Positions 9,780 through 19,106 of a stretch of DNA of 64,000 nt are shown in pieces. The notes beneath the pieces are model-generated. The model saw only the letters and a program-made list of their open reading frames with translations, did not search any database and had not been told where the DNA came from. Source of the DNA: Anaerolineales bacterium. Its GTDB lineage: Bacteria > Chloroflexota > Anaerolineae > Anaerolineales > DRKV01. Location of the stretch: positions 6,259-70,258 of the forward strand of contig JANTFR010000001.1 of assembly GCA_024763355.1 (NCBI GenBank), written 5' to 3'. Position 1 is the first letter of the stretch; every line of letters begins with the position of its first letter. The translations under genes and the position numbers were made by a program.

Positions 9780-10880
9780 TCAGTAACGCAGCAAAGCAGC
9801 CACCCCACCAACTTCCCGCAGTTTAGGCACATCCTGAACGATTTCCACCTCGCCGCTGGACTGCATCACGTGTCGGATGGCGTACTCCACGGCATCGGGC
9901 AAGAGGCTAAACTGCCCTCCGCAGAAGGGGCAGGCATCCATCTTTTTGGTGGTGGTATAGCCGCAACTCTTGCACACATAGCCGCTCTGGTGGTAATCGT
10001 CGCTGACCAGGAGGGTCAAGACGCGTCCGGCGCGGGCCGCTTCCAAAACGTCATCCAGGCCGACGGCTCCTTCGCGTCCTTTAGCCGCCGCGGTAATCAC
10101 GTCCTCTACTAGCACGGCCTCTTCTTGTCGGTCGTACGCTGCCACAAGACGGCGAGCCTCTTCCTGTATCTCGCTCGCGCCGGCATTCATACTCACCGAG
10201 AAGGTCTCCACAACCCGGCTCTGCCACTGCTTGGGGAGATGCTGCCGAAAGAGGGCGATATTTTCCTCCGTGCCGGCCAGCAAAACGTGGCGAATCTTGT
10301 TTTGGGAGAGAAAACGCACGGCAAACTCGGCGGCGCGTTTCATGTTCTGTTCTATCGTCTCTTCGACGCGGTCAGTCCTTCCGGGCGTACCGCCGCGGCT
10401 ATCCGGATATTGGGAACCGCCCCCTCGCTTCATGCGATGGACGGGTTTCCCCGTAAACCCCGGATGTTCTTGCAGCACCCCCAGATGGAAGGTGAACACT
10501 CGCGCCCGCTGGCTGTCCACCAGGATGATTCCATAGTAGCCATAGCGGTCCAGCAGGTTCGCCAGCGGCTTCACGTGCGGGCGGTCATGGACGCGCACCC
10601 GGTCCGGGACGGGGATAGCCAGCGAGTAGACGCGGAAGAAATCTTCCGAAGCGCAGGAAAACAAGGCCACACTGCGCCCTTTGCCGTCATACTCGCGTTC
10701 CATGTATCCCAGGACAACTTCCTTGTCTTGCGGTAAATCCACGCTGCGCAGCATGGCGCGCAGCCGCGGCAAAGCGCTCTCATCGTTTCCCGTAAGAGCA
10801 TCGGTATTCAGATACACGCTCAACACAGGATGCGATGCCTGATAAGCAAGCAGTTCCTCGAACTTCTGTTCCGTGAGCAT
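9780..10880 (-). CDS. Archaeo-eukaryotic release factor (aeRF1/Pelota/Vms1)-like protein with inserted Cys4 zinc ribbon
   Basis: Gly-rich loop with Gln (HRMKRGGGSQYPDSRGG) where aeRF1-type proteins carry GGQ/GxxQ; C-terminal CKSCGYTTTKKMDACPFCGG. I prefer ATG 10880 (AAGGAG 8 nt upstream) over GTG 10889. Family call is from memory of the baeRF/VLRF1 layout, not a search. Confidence 0.55.
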   Translation of the reverse strand: MLTEQKFEELLAYQASHPVLSVYLNTDALTGNDESALPRLRAMLRSVDLPQDKEVVLGYMEREYDGKGRSVALFSCASEDFFRVYSLAIPVPDRVRVHDRPHVKPLANLLDRYGYYGIILVDSQRARVFTFHLGVLQEHPGFTGKPVHRMKRGGGSQYPDSRGGTPGRTDRVEETIEQNMKRAAEFAVRFLSQNKIRHVLLAGTEENIALFRQHLPKQWQSRVVETFSVSMNAGASEIQEEARRLVAAYDRQEEAVLVEDVITAAAKGREGAVGLDDVLEAARAGRVLTLLVSDDYHQSGYVCKSCGYTTTKKMDACPFCGGQFSLLPDAVEYAIRHVMQSSGEVEIVQDVPKLREVGGVAALLRY

Positions 10881-10905
10881 GGGTGACACTCCTTTGGTGC
10901 TACCG

Positions 10906-12021
10906 TTACGGACGTTTCCCCAGGGTCAGGTCCAGGTCGCGTTCCGTCCCGTTGCGCAGGATGGTGACCTGAACCGTATCGCCAGGGGATTTGAACTTGA
11001 ACAGGTAACTAATCAACTGATTGAAGTCTTGCACCTCCTTTCCGTCGAGGGCAGTGATGATATCTTCTTCCCGCAGCCCCGCCTCATCCGCCGGGCTGCC
11101 GGGGGTTACGCCGGTGATATACACACCCCAATACTGGGGCAGACCGAGTTCTTCCTGGGTCATCAGGGTAATTTCCGGCAGGGCGGCAATGCCCAGGTAA
11201 GGGTAATCAAACTTGCCATCTGTAATCAGCGCGGGCACAACACGCTTGACGATGTTGGAGGCCACCGCAAACCCCACCCCGCTGTTCATCGGCGTCCCGT
11301 CGAAGGCAAAGGAGTTGGTACGGATAGCGCGGTTGACGCCGACGACCTCCCCCCGCATATTGAGCAGCGGCCCGCCGGAATTGCCCGGATTGATGGCGGC
11401 ATCCGTTTGCAGAATTTCGCCGCTGGTGAAGAAGCCCCCGCTGTTGGCCTCGCGCATGGAATCCAGCGTGCGCCCCTTGCCGGAGATGATGCCCACCGTC
11501 ATCGTGCCGCTGTACCCGAAGGGATTGCCGATGGCGACCACCGTCTCGCCGGTCTTCACCGCGTCAGAATCGCCCAGGGGGATGGGGTGCAGTTCGGCGG
11601 CAGGGGCATCCACTTTGAGCACGGCCAGGTCGGAATCCAGGTCGGTGCCCACAATCTCGGCAAAGACCTTGTACCCGGAGGGAAAATCCACCTCCACTTT
11701 TTGGGCGCCGTCCACTACGTGAAAATTCGTAATGATATGCCCCTGCGTGTCATATACAAAACCGCTGCCCTGTCCTCCGCCGTTCTCCGTCACCACGCGG
11801 ATAGACACCACACCGGGGTCTACGCGTTCGTAAAGCGCCGCCAGGACATCTTGCTGACTGGAAAAAGCAGGCGCATCATAGGGCGGAGCGGTCAATTGCG
11901 GCTGCGGCACACCGGAGGGGTTTTCCATCGCCGGGCTGGTTCCCAAAATCGTCTGACAGGCCAGACTATTGAGGGCAATAACTGCGATGAGCAGGCCAAA
12001 TACCTTTAAAACGGATTTCAT
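10906..12021 (-). CDS. HtrA/DegP-type trypsin-like serine protease with C-terminal PDZ domain
   Basis: Signal/lipobox-like N-terminus (LIAVIALNSLACQ), catalytic-Ser motif GNSGGPLLN, His region ITNFHVV, and a PDZ-like tail. SD AAGGAG. Confidence 0.85.
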   Translation of the reverse strand: MKSVLKVFGLLIAVIALNSLACQTILGTSPAMENPSGVPQPQLTAPPYDAPAFSSQQDVLAALYERVDPGVVSIRVVTENGGGQGSGFVYDTQGHIITNFHVVDGAQKVEVDFPSGYKVFAEIVGTDLDSDLAVLKVDAPAAELHPIPLGDSDAVKTGETVVAIGNPFGYSGTMTVGIISGKGRTLDSMREANSGGFFTSGEILQTDAAINPGNSGGPLLNMRGEVVGVNRAIRTNSFAFDGTPMNSGVGFAVASNIVKRVVPALITDGKFDYPYLGIAALPEITLMTQEELGLPQYWGVYITGVTPGSPADEAGLREEDIITALDGKEVQDFNQLISYLFKFKSPGDTVQVTILRNGTERDLDLTLGKRP

Positions 12022-12085
12022 GATGCGGGTCTCCTTGAAAATAACCTGGGGGTTCGGTTCTGTGCAGGGGAGGCCAATCTCACCC

Positions 12086-13069
12086 CTACCGTGATGCGCT
12101 AGCAGCCAGTTCCTCGAAAAGTTTTTTCTGCTTTGGGGTGAGATTGCGCGGTAACTCCACCTGAATTTTCGCCAGCAAATCGCCGCGCTGAGAAGGATTT
12201 TTCAGGTGAGGCATGCCGCGTCCGCGCAGGCGGAAGGTCTGCCCCGGCTGCGTGCCCGGCGGGATGGTCAACACCAGGCTGCCGCCGGTGGGCGTAGGAA
12301 CGTGTACCTCCCCGCCCAGAACGGCGGTGTAAAGGTCCACCGGCACGGTGGTGTGCAGATTGTACCCTTTGCGCTTGAAACGCGGGTCTTCGGCGACCTC
12401 CACGCGCAGGTACAGGTCGTGCGACTGCCCGGATGCGTCCCTGATGGCTCCGGGGACGCGCACTTTGGTGCCCGTCCGCGCTCCGGCAGGGATTTTCACT
12501 TCCAGGCGACGACCATCCACCTCAAAAGTGCGACTTGTGCCCTGGTATGCCTCCGCCAGACTGATGGTGACGGCCTGCTCGTAGCGGCGGAGTGGTGCAT
12601 TGCGCTGCTGCGCCCGGCTCCCCCCGCGGCGGGCGCCCCCCGCCTGGCGGAACAAATCTTCCATGTTGATGCCCTGCTGCGCTCCCCCCATGCCCCCTCC
12701 AAAAATGGTGCGGAAAAAGTCAGAGAAGCCGCCCGCGCCGCCAAACAGGTCATCTAAATTACCGACTTCGACGCGCACGCCACCAGGAGTACCGGTAGCC
12801 CATTGAGACCAGTTGAAATCCCCGGGGCCGCCGCGGCTTTGCCACGACTGGTACGCGCTGCCCAACTGGTCATAGCGGGCGCGTTTTTCAGGGTCGCTGA
12901 GCACCTGGTATGCTTCGTTTATTTCTTTGAATTTTTCTTCTGCGGTCTTATCGTCTGGGTTGCGGTCGGGATGATATTGCATTGCCAGTTTGCGATAGGC
13001 TTTTTTGATATCCTCTTCACTGGCATTTTTGTCTACACCAAGAATTGCATAATAATCTCTATATTCCAT
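12086..13069 (-). CDS. DnaJ-class co-chaperone without zinc-finger domain (CbpA-like)
   Basis: J-domain [35 protein letters not shown]-rich linker, two C-terminal beta domains, no CxxCxGxG repeats. Start moved to the internal MEYRDYY (ATG 13069). Confidence 0.85.
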   Translation of the reverse strand: MEYRDYYAILGVDKNASEEDIKKAYRKLAMQYHPDRNPDDKTAEEKFKEINEAYQVLSDPEKRARYDQLGSAYQSWQSRGGPGDFNWSQWATGTPGGVRVEVGNLDDLFGGAGGFSDFFRTIFGGGMGGAQQGINMEDLFRQAGGARRGGSRAQQRNAPLRRYEQAVTISLAEAYQGTSRTFEVDGRRLEVKIPAGARTGTKVRVPGAIRDASGQSHDLYLRVEVAEDPRFKRKGYNLHTTVPVDLYTAVLGGEVHVPTPTGGSLVLTIPPGTQPGQTFRLRGRGMPHLKNPSQRGDLLAKIQVELPRNLTPKQKKLFEELAASASR

Positions 13070-13149
13070 AACCTCGTCGCCTTGTACGGTCCCCTCACGG
13101 CAGAAACGCGGCACGTCTCGTCGCTCCGGAACCGAAATAGTATAGTGAT

Positions 13150-13206
13150 GGGATACGCTTTTCCCCGCCAAGGCGTGGAAAAAGACGCCTCACGTTCTGG
13201 TATCCC
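13150..13206 (-). other. Nested hairpin in the predicted 5' leader of the dnaJ-like/htrA/aeRF1-like operon
   Basis: On the minus strand GGGATAC...AGGCGT-ctttttcc-ACGCCT...GTATCCC: outer 7-bp and inner 6-bp stems, starting about 9 nt after the predicted TSS. Confidence 0.35.
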
Positions 13207-13221
13207 AATCGGGGTGTTTTC

Positions 13222-13250
13222 ATTGTAGAAAGCAATAGCGCACGAGTCAA
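13222..13250 (-). promoter_or_regulatory. Near-consensus sigma-70-type promoter for the dnaJ-like operon
   Basis: Minus strand TTGACT (13250-13245), 17 nt spacer, TACAAT (13227-13222), about 150 nt upstream of ATG 13069. Confidence 0.6.
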
Positions 13251-13371
13251 GCGTATCGCGCTTCTTTTTATACAACTCTAACTGTAGATAGCCACCATCC
13301 ATCCCCCAGATTCCCCGGTAACGCACCGTCTCACCCCCGCGTCGCAAAACAAGCCGGCTTCCGGCAAGGCG

Positions 13372-14379
13372 CTAGAAATGGGTCAAACGCCAATGCAATT
13401 GCGGCAAGGTCATCCTCTTCCAAACCCCAATGCGCGGCAGTTGCAAGGGGTTGTGCTGCGCCAGGTCCGCCTGTTCATTCATCATTGTGAAGGCGAGTTC
13501 AATACCCTCCAGGCGCAGCGCATCCTCGACGGCTTGATTGAAAGTCTCGATTTTCCCATCCGGATAAGCAAAGACCGGCAAAGCCGTCCTAATGTGCTGG
13601 GCAATCAATTGCTGAGAGAAATGTATCTCCTGGTAGGCTCTGTCCAGGTCAACTCGCGTCAGGATGGAATGTGTGTGGGTATGCGCGGCGATGGTTACAC
13701 CCTGCCCGGCCAGGTCACGCAGTTCATCCCAGGTTAAGGTGCTGTTTTGCGGTTCAAAAGGAGGCTCCGCCTGTTCGTATAACTCCTGCACCAGAGCAAG
13801 CGCAGCCTCATTCTCCTGGGATTTCACAAACCGCGCCAGAGACTCCACCGCCGCCCGCTTGTGCTCCGGCGTATCCACAAGGTAGATGCCTGCGGGGGTA
13901 GAAATGGATTCCTTCCGCGACCAGAAAATCGCCTGATACAACTTATCCCACCAAAACAATTCCCTGCCGCCAACGAAAGCAGTAGGGACAAAAAGCGTTG
14001 GCTGGATACCGTACTCCCGAACAATGGGGTGGATGATTTCTGCAAAATCCCGATATCCATCGTCCACGGTAACCAGGACAGCATCGGGCGGCAGTTGTGC
14101 ATCTCCCCGCGCTGCAGCCAGAACATCAGCCATGCTGACCGGATGATATTGGTTGGCAATCAGGCGCATATGCGCCCGGAAAGCATCAGGAGACGCGCTG
14201 ATATGCACCGGATCGAGCCAGGGACGATGCTCCGGGCTATCCACACGATGATAAACAAGGACGTACACCCTTTGCCCGGTATGCGGGAGCCGTTGCGATA
14301 CCATGCGGAAGAGGCCGGCTTGTTCCGCCAGCCCCATCAGCCCGTGTTTGATTTTCTTATGCCAGGGTTTCCGCCTCAT
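13372..14379 (-). CDS. Polysaccharide deacetylase (carbohydrate esterase 4 / NodB-type) family protein
   Basis: VLVTVDDGYRDF (DD metal/catalytic motif) and a later HTHTH region. ATG overlaps the stop of the upstream gene (ATGA coupling at 14376-14379). Confidence 0.75.
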   Translation of the reverse strand: MRRKPWHKKIKHGLMGLAEQAGLFRMVSQRLPHTGQRVYVLVYHRVDSPEHRPWLDPVHISASPDAFRAHMRLIANQYHPVSMADVLAAARGDAQLPPDAVLVTVDDGYRDFAEIIHPIVREYGIQPTLFVPTAFVGGRELFWWDKLYQAIFWSRKESISTPAGIYLVDTPEHKRAAVESLARFVKSQENEAALALVQELYEQAEPPFEPQNSTLTWDELRDLAGQGVTIAAHTHTHSILTRVDLDRAYQEIHFSQQLIAQHIRTALPVFAYPDGKIETFNQAVEDALRLEGIELAFTMMNEQADLAQHNPLQLPRIGVWKRMTLPQLHWRLTHF

Positions 14380-16640
14380 AGAGAATCACGTTTTGCAGAG
14401 CGAATGATGACACTGACGAGCACTGCCAGCGCCAGAACCGATGATACTGCAATCGCCGGGATAATCCAGCCCGGCTTCTGGGCAACCTGTCCTTCAGGGA
14501 AAGGAGTAATGACCTGTGCGGGAAGGGAAGTAAGGCCAGGCACGGCTGTCGCTGCCAGATTGCCAGACCCAAGCCCCAGGCGCGTGTCCGCGGTAAAGAG
14601 GCGGTCTTCTCGCACGACGGCGAAATTCCCGTTCAGTTTGCCGCGTAAAGTGCTATCCAACAAGGCATTGACTGCCCAGGAAAGCCCATCCGGAGTGCTG
14701 CCCAAGACCCCTAACATAGTGCGCTGAGAATCCCACGGCGGAGTGAACAATTCCAGATACCCCAGAGAAGTTCCTTTCGGAATGCGGTAGGTAATTTGCA
14801 ACCCGCTCTCGGCGGCGATATCTTCTCCGGAAGGGAATGGCACCGGCATGGCATCGCCCACGTCCGAGAGCACCGGCAATTTACTGGGCTGCCCAATGAC
14901 AATCCAGTCGCGCTGGCGGAACGTTTCCGGAATATCGTCTGCAAAAGCCAGGCCAAACTCCAAAATGGCTCCGCCCCGCCGACGGGCAAGGTCCGCTCCC
15001 AGCGAGGCCCCCAGTTTCCAGGCTTGAGGGTCATCGGGAGGCAGAATGAACGCCAAGGAGGAGAGCGTGGGGCTGGCAACAAAGAGACTGGGGTAATTTC
15101 CCAGATTGCGAAAATCCATCAAGGCGATTTGCATCGGCATCAAAGGCATGTGGATAAGCGAATCCGGGGTCAAGGTAATCCACAAGTTAGAAAGCACCAG
15201 GTTGGAGCAGTAATCCGTGGGAATAAGGTCTGCAGCAATGACCAGACGATTGACGCCGGGGAGCAGCGCGTAGCGCGACAGGACGAAATCTTCCACTCCC
15301 TGTTTGGCGGTGTTCTCGTCAAAGCGTGCACTACCGATAATCTGGTCGTTGAGATACACCAACATTCCGGAGCGGGCAAAATCTATCATCGCCGAGTGGT
15401 TGAAACGCAGGCGGAGATAGGCGTCTTCGCTAGTGGTCATCCCCGGCGGCACATAAAGCTGGATGTCGAAATAATGCACCCCAAAGCCGTTGGCGGTCTG
15501 GACGGAGTATCCCAGGTCGCTGAAAGTGCGGTCATCCGGCACATTGGAGATAACGACGCTGGATTCCACATCACTAATCAATGCCAAATCGGGACGCCCG
15601 CTGGTGCGTAAAGCCCCCGAACTGAAGGCCTGCGCCGCTTTTTGTAAACCGGCCTCGTCGTTTCCAGAGACCATCACCCACACCAGAGTATCGTTTGCCG
15701 GGTTCAACGCCATTTGAATCACACCGTCACCGGCCTGTAAATCAGGGTGCTGCAATGCCCCTCCAGCGAAGGAAACCGGCCACGCCGCGCTGGTAAAAGA
15801 CCGAAATGCAGCCGGCTTACCCACAAAAACAACGTGATTTGCCGCCATAATCTGCGGGGTGACTTCACCGGCGAACAACAACTCCGGAACCAGGGTGTTG
15901 CGAGTCATGCGCGCCATGCCGCCCACAGCGAGGTAAGCGGCTTCCAGTTCTTCTCTGGATGGGTCATCGGGAGCCACCACAACCACAGATTCGGTCTGGA
16001 AGGAATCCAACTGGTAGATGGGCCGCGGCAGGAGAGCGAGGTCCAGGGCGGGAGGTTGGATATCGTGCGGAAAGTAGAATTGCGAATCAGCCTGCACGGT
16101 AATCGCCGTCTGGTTGTCGTAGGCGCAGTCTATGGCCGCGTTGAGGAACAGATACAACTCATGCCGCCCGTCGTTGCGAGGGGATTGCAGAACTTCATCC
16201 GGGAGGGGAATGCGCACCGTGCGCTCGCCAATCCAGTCGAATACCACCGTAGCAATCAATTGTCCATTAAAAGACACCTCCAAAGTCCCCCCATTGGCCG
16301 CCCGAATTCCTTCAACGCCCCCGCCGCGCGCGGTGGAGAAATAGGCGTTCAGGTGCAGGTACAACTCCGCGCCGGGTTGCAACGCCCAGGTGGAGGGCAG
16401 CCCAAAGCGCAAACGTTTGGAATCATACGGCCCGTGGAGCACTTCTGGGGAGGGCATACCTATCATGGAGAAGGGTACCAGGTCTTCCGCCGAAATCAGC
16501 ATCGGTACGGCGGGCGCCGTCGGCGTGGGCGCAGGGACGGGCGGCGTCCCGCTTTGTGCGAAGGCGCCTTTCCCCGCTGGAGCCAGAACGGTAAAGACCA
16601 ACCCTAAGGTAACAAGGATGACTGTTGTGCGTCGCGACAT
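14376..16640 (-). CDS. BcsB-like polysaccharide-synthase accessory subunit (large extracytoplasmic protein with N-terminal signal anchor and C-terminal TM)
   Basis: 754 aa from the internal MSRRTTVILVTLGLVFTVLAP; two similar halves (EVSFNGQLIATVVF... / MLVYLNDQIIGSARF...); C-terminal TM WIIPAIAVSSVLALAVLVSVII. This topology and length are typical of BcsB. Assigned by pattern only. Confidence 0.55.
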   Translation of the reverse strand: MSRRTTVILVTLGLVFTVLAPAGKGAFAQSGTPPVPAPTPTAPAVPMLISAEDLVPFSMIGMPSPEVLHGPYDSKRLRFGLPSTWALQPGAELYLHLNAYFSTARGGGVEGIRAANGGTLEVSFNGQLIATVVFDWIGERTVRIPLPDEVLQSPRNDGRHELYLFLNAAIDCAYDNQTAITVQADSQFYFPHDIQPPALDLALLPRPIYQLDSFQTESVVVVAPDDPSREELEAAYLAVGGMARMTRNTLVPELLFAGEVTPQIMAANHVVFVGKPAAFRSFTSAAWPVSFAGGALQHPDLQAGDGVIQMALNPANDTLVWVMVSGNDEAGLQKAAQAFSSGALRTSGRPDLALISDVESSVVISNVPDDRTFSDLGYSVQTANGFGVHYFDIQLYVPPGMTTSEDAYLRLRFNHSAMIDFARSGMLVYLNDQIIGSARFDENTAKQGVEDFVLSRYALLPGVNRLVIAADLIPTDYCSNLVLSNLWITLTPDSLIHMPLMPMQIALMDFRNLGNYPSLFVASPTLSSLAFILPPDDPQAWKLGASLGADLARRRGGAILEFGLAFADDIPETFRQRDWIVIGQPSKLPVLSDVGDAMPVPFPSGEDIAAESGLQITYRIPKGTSLGYLELFTPPWDSQRTMLGVLGSTPDGLSWAVNALLDSTLRGKLNGNFAVVREDRLFTADTRLGLGSGNLAATAVPGLTSLPAQVITPFPEGQVAQKPGWIIPAIAVSSVLALAVLVSVIIRSAKRDSL

Positions 16641-16747
16641 AGAATTCCACGCTTCCTTTGGAGCCCGACATTGCAAACCGGGCATCGAAACGACTTTCTC
16701 TTGAACAATGATAACCCCGCTTCGGGATAGAAAGGCTCCAAGCGCCC

Positions 16748-17962
16748 TCATTCCCGGCGGGATACCCTCCGCCATGCTGCCGGCTGCTCCCCATGCAGGA
16801 AACGCCACAGCCCTTGCAGCGCGGCAAGGTTGCTATCCACAAGAAATGCGGGCAGGTAAAGAGCCTTTCCTATTTTCCCAGGGATTTGGAAAAACTTGCC
16901 TGACAATGCTGCGAGGTAAAAAAGTACCTGCCCTCCAAAAGCCAGGGCGTTGCAAGGAGGCCCCAGCCGCCACCAGGCTCGCCGCCCCCCAGATGGCGGA
17001 CATAGAACGGCCCCCAAAGCCCCTGTCAGTGCGGCGAGCATCCCGAAAGGGACCAGCGGGCGGGTAAATTTGTGGGAGACCACTTGCCAGACACGCAAGG
17101 GCTGCCGCCACGGGAGCCAGCGCGGCGCGTAACGCATGGCCTGATAGCGCCCCGCCACGATACGGCTGCGGCGCTCCACCTCGTCCCGCGCCGAGGCAGA
17201 GGCACGTTCCACGGAACGCGCCTGGGGCTGATACACAATCCGGTATCCCCGCCTGAGAATTTGCATCATCAGGTAAAAATCATCATTGATAATCCCCCGC
17301 GGGGCAGGCACGAAGAGTTCCCGCCGGATGGCAAAAATCTCTCCCGCCACACCGGTACACGTTCCCAGGCGGCTTTCCTGCGCCTTGACGAAGGACTCGT
17401 ATTTCCAGTACAGGCCCTCTGAAGCCCCCAGTGAATCCTCCTCTTCCAGCAGCGACTTGGCCCCGCTCACCCCGCCCACGGAGGGGTCGCCAAAGGGCGC
17501 GGCCAGGTGCAGCAAAGCGTCCGCTTCGTACAGATTGTTGGCATCCGAGAAAACCACGATTTCGCCGCGCACAAAGGGCATGGCGCGGTTGATAGCCGCC
17601 ATCTTGCCGGCACGCCGCGGTTCGTAGAGCACCTCCACCCCGCGTTGGGCATAGCCGCGGGCGATGTCCACGGTGGCATCATCGCTCCCATCGGCTGCAA
17701 TCAAAATCTGGAGGCGTTCCGGCGGGTATTTCAAGGCCAGGACGTTCTCGATTTTGCGGGCAATCACCTTTTCCTCATTGTAAGCCGCAATCAAGAGCGT
17801 CAGCACGGGCCATTCGGAGGGAGGAGCAAAGCGCGGCGCAGGGCGCAAACGAGCGAGAAGGGTCACCAGCAAGGGATATCCCAGGTAGGAATACGCTACC
17901 AGCCCCGCGCCGCCCCAAAACAAGGCCCCGCTCCAGCGATTACGGCCGGCTCCTTTGTCCAT
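16748..17962 (-). CDS. Family-2 glycosyltransferase, membrane-embedded (processive synthase-like)
   Basis: N-terminal TM, LTLLIAAYNEE, ILIAADGSDDAT, VVFSDANN (DxD-like), and C-terminal TM helices. Start taken at the internal MDKGAGRNRW (ATG 17962), 4 nt after the stop of the upstream GT4 gene. Confidence 0.75.
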   Translation of the reverse strand: MDKGAGRNRWSGALFWGGAGLVAYSYLGYPLLVTLLARLRPAPRFAPPSEWPVLTLLIAAYNEEKVIARKIENVLALKYPPERLQILIAADGSDDATVDIARGYAQRGVEVLYEPRRAGKMAAINRAMPFVRGEIVVFSDANNLYEADALLHLAAPFGDPSVGGVSGAKSLLEEEDSLGASEGLYWKYESFVKAQESRLGTCTGVAGEIFAIRRELFVPAPRGIINDDFYLMMQILRRGYRIVYQPQARSVERASASARDEVERRSRIVAGRYQAMRYAPRWLPWRQPLRVWQVVSHKFTRPLVPFGMLAALTGALGAVLCPPSGGRRAWWRLGPPCNALAFGGQVLFYLAALSGKFFQIPGKIGKALYLPAFLVDSNLAALQGLWRFLHGEQPAAWRRVSRRE

Positions 17963-17966
17963 ACGG

Positions 17967-19106
17967 TCACAGCCTCCTTTCGGCCAGAATCTCCCGGTAC
18001 ACATCCGCCAGTTCTTCCACCACCACGTCCAGGGCGTAAGATGTCTCCACCCGCCGGCGGGCGGCCTTGCCCAGGCGGGCGCGCAAGGCATCATCACCCA
18101 GCAGGTGCAACAAGGCAGCCTCCAAAGCGGGTCGGTCATCGGGCGGAATCAGCCAACCAGTCTCCCCATGGGAGACGACCTCCGGCGCAGCGCCCACCCT
18201 CGTGAGCAGAACGGCCAGACCGGTGCTCATCGCCTCCAGCATAGCCCCGGAAATGCCCTCGGCAATGGAAGGCAGCACGAACAAATCAGCCGCCGCCAGA
18301 AATTCATCCACATTTTGGACGTACCCGTGGAAGAAAACTTCCTCCCCCGCGGCGGATTGCAGGGCTTCTTGCTGGTCCCCCTCCCCCAAAATGTGGAGGC
18401 TCGCTTTGGGGTGAGCGCGGCGCACCCGAGGCCAGGCATCCACCAGAAAGTTCACCCGCTTCTCGGCGGCCAGCCGCCCGCTGAAGACGACCATCAGAGC
18501 ATCCGCGGGGACCCCCAAATGGCGGCGTAACGCCGCCCGCGCCTCCGGCGGACGCGGGTAAAAACGGGCGATGTTCACGCCATTGGGGATGTGCACCAGA
18601 CGCTTCGGAGGCACACCCGCCGACTGCAATTCGTCGGCAATCTCCCGGCTGATGCAGATGAAGCGCTCCCCCTGTGAAGCAATGGCGGCCATGCGCCGCG
18701 CTCCCAGGAATTTTTGCTGCAAGCGCTGCACGTCGCCGATAGAACCACCGCGATGGGGCGTGAAGAGCAACGGCCAGCCCCACAAACGCTTTGCCAGCAA
18801 GCCGATAGTAGCCGCAGAGAACAATTCATGGGCGTGCAAGATGTCGGGCTGGATGCGTCCCAAAACGCGCAGGGCGTGGAAGGTGTAACTCAGCGAAGCG
18901 GTAGCCTTTGGCCCGAAAATGGGGACGCGGTGTACGGATACGCCATCCATGTGCTCGAAGGCGGGCAGTCCGGCGTGCCGCCGCGTGATGATGTGGACAT
19001 CGAAGCCCAGGCGTACCAGCCGGGATGCCTGCGCGTGCGTCTGGCGCTCCATGCCCCCCAGGAGGGGCAGATAGCGCTGAATGGTAACGGCTAGGGTTGG
19101 TTGCAT
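17967..19106 (-). CDS. Family-4 (GT-B) glycosyltransferase
   Basis: C-terminal EGISGAMLEAMSTGLAVLLTRVGAAPEVV (the E-x7-E region of GT4). Start taken at MQPTLAVTIQRY (ATG 19106); residues upstream in the track ORF are translated micro-repeats. Confidence 0.75.
   Translation of the reverse strand: MQPTLAVTIQRYLPLLGGMERQTHAQASRLVRLGFDVHIITRRHAGLPAFEHMDGVSVHRVPIFGPKATASLSYTFHALRVLGRIQPDILHAHELFSAATIGLLAKRLWGWPLLFTPHRGGSIGDVQRLQQKFLGARRMAAIASQGERFICISREIADELQSAGVPPKRLVHIPNGVNIARFYPRPPEARAALRRHLGVPADALMVVFSGRLAAEKRVNFLVDAWPRVRRAHPKASLHILGEGDQQEALQSAAGEEVFFHGYVQNVDEFLAAADLFVLPSIAEGISGAMLEAMSTGLAVLLTRVGAAPEVVSHGETGWLIPPDDRPALEAALLHLLGDDALRARLGKAARRRVETSYALDVVVEELADVYREILAERRL

Noticed and set aside
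12086-13171. Track start of the DnaJ-like ORF at 13171 (34 extra residues).
   Set aside because: The J-domain begins right at the internal [12 protein letters not shown]. The extra residues lie in the predicted structured leader and lack an SD.
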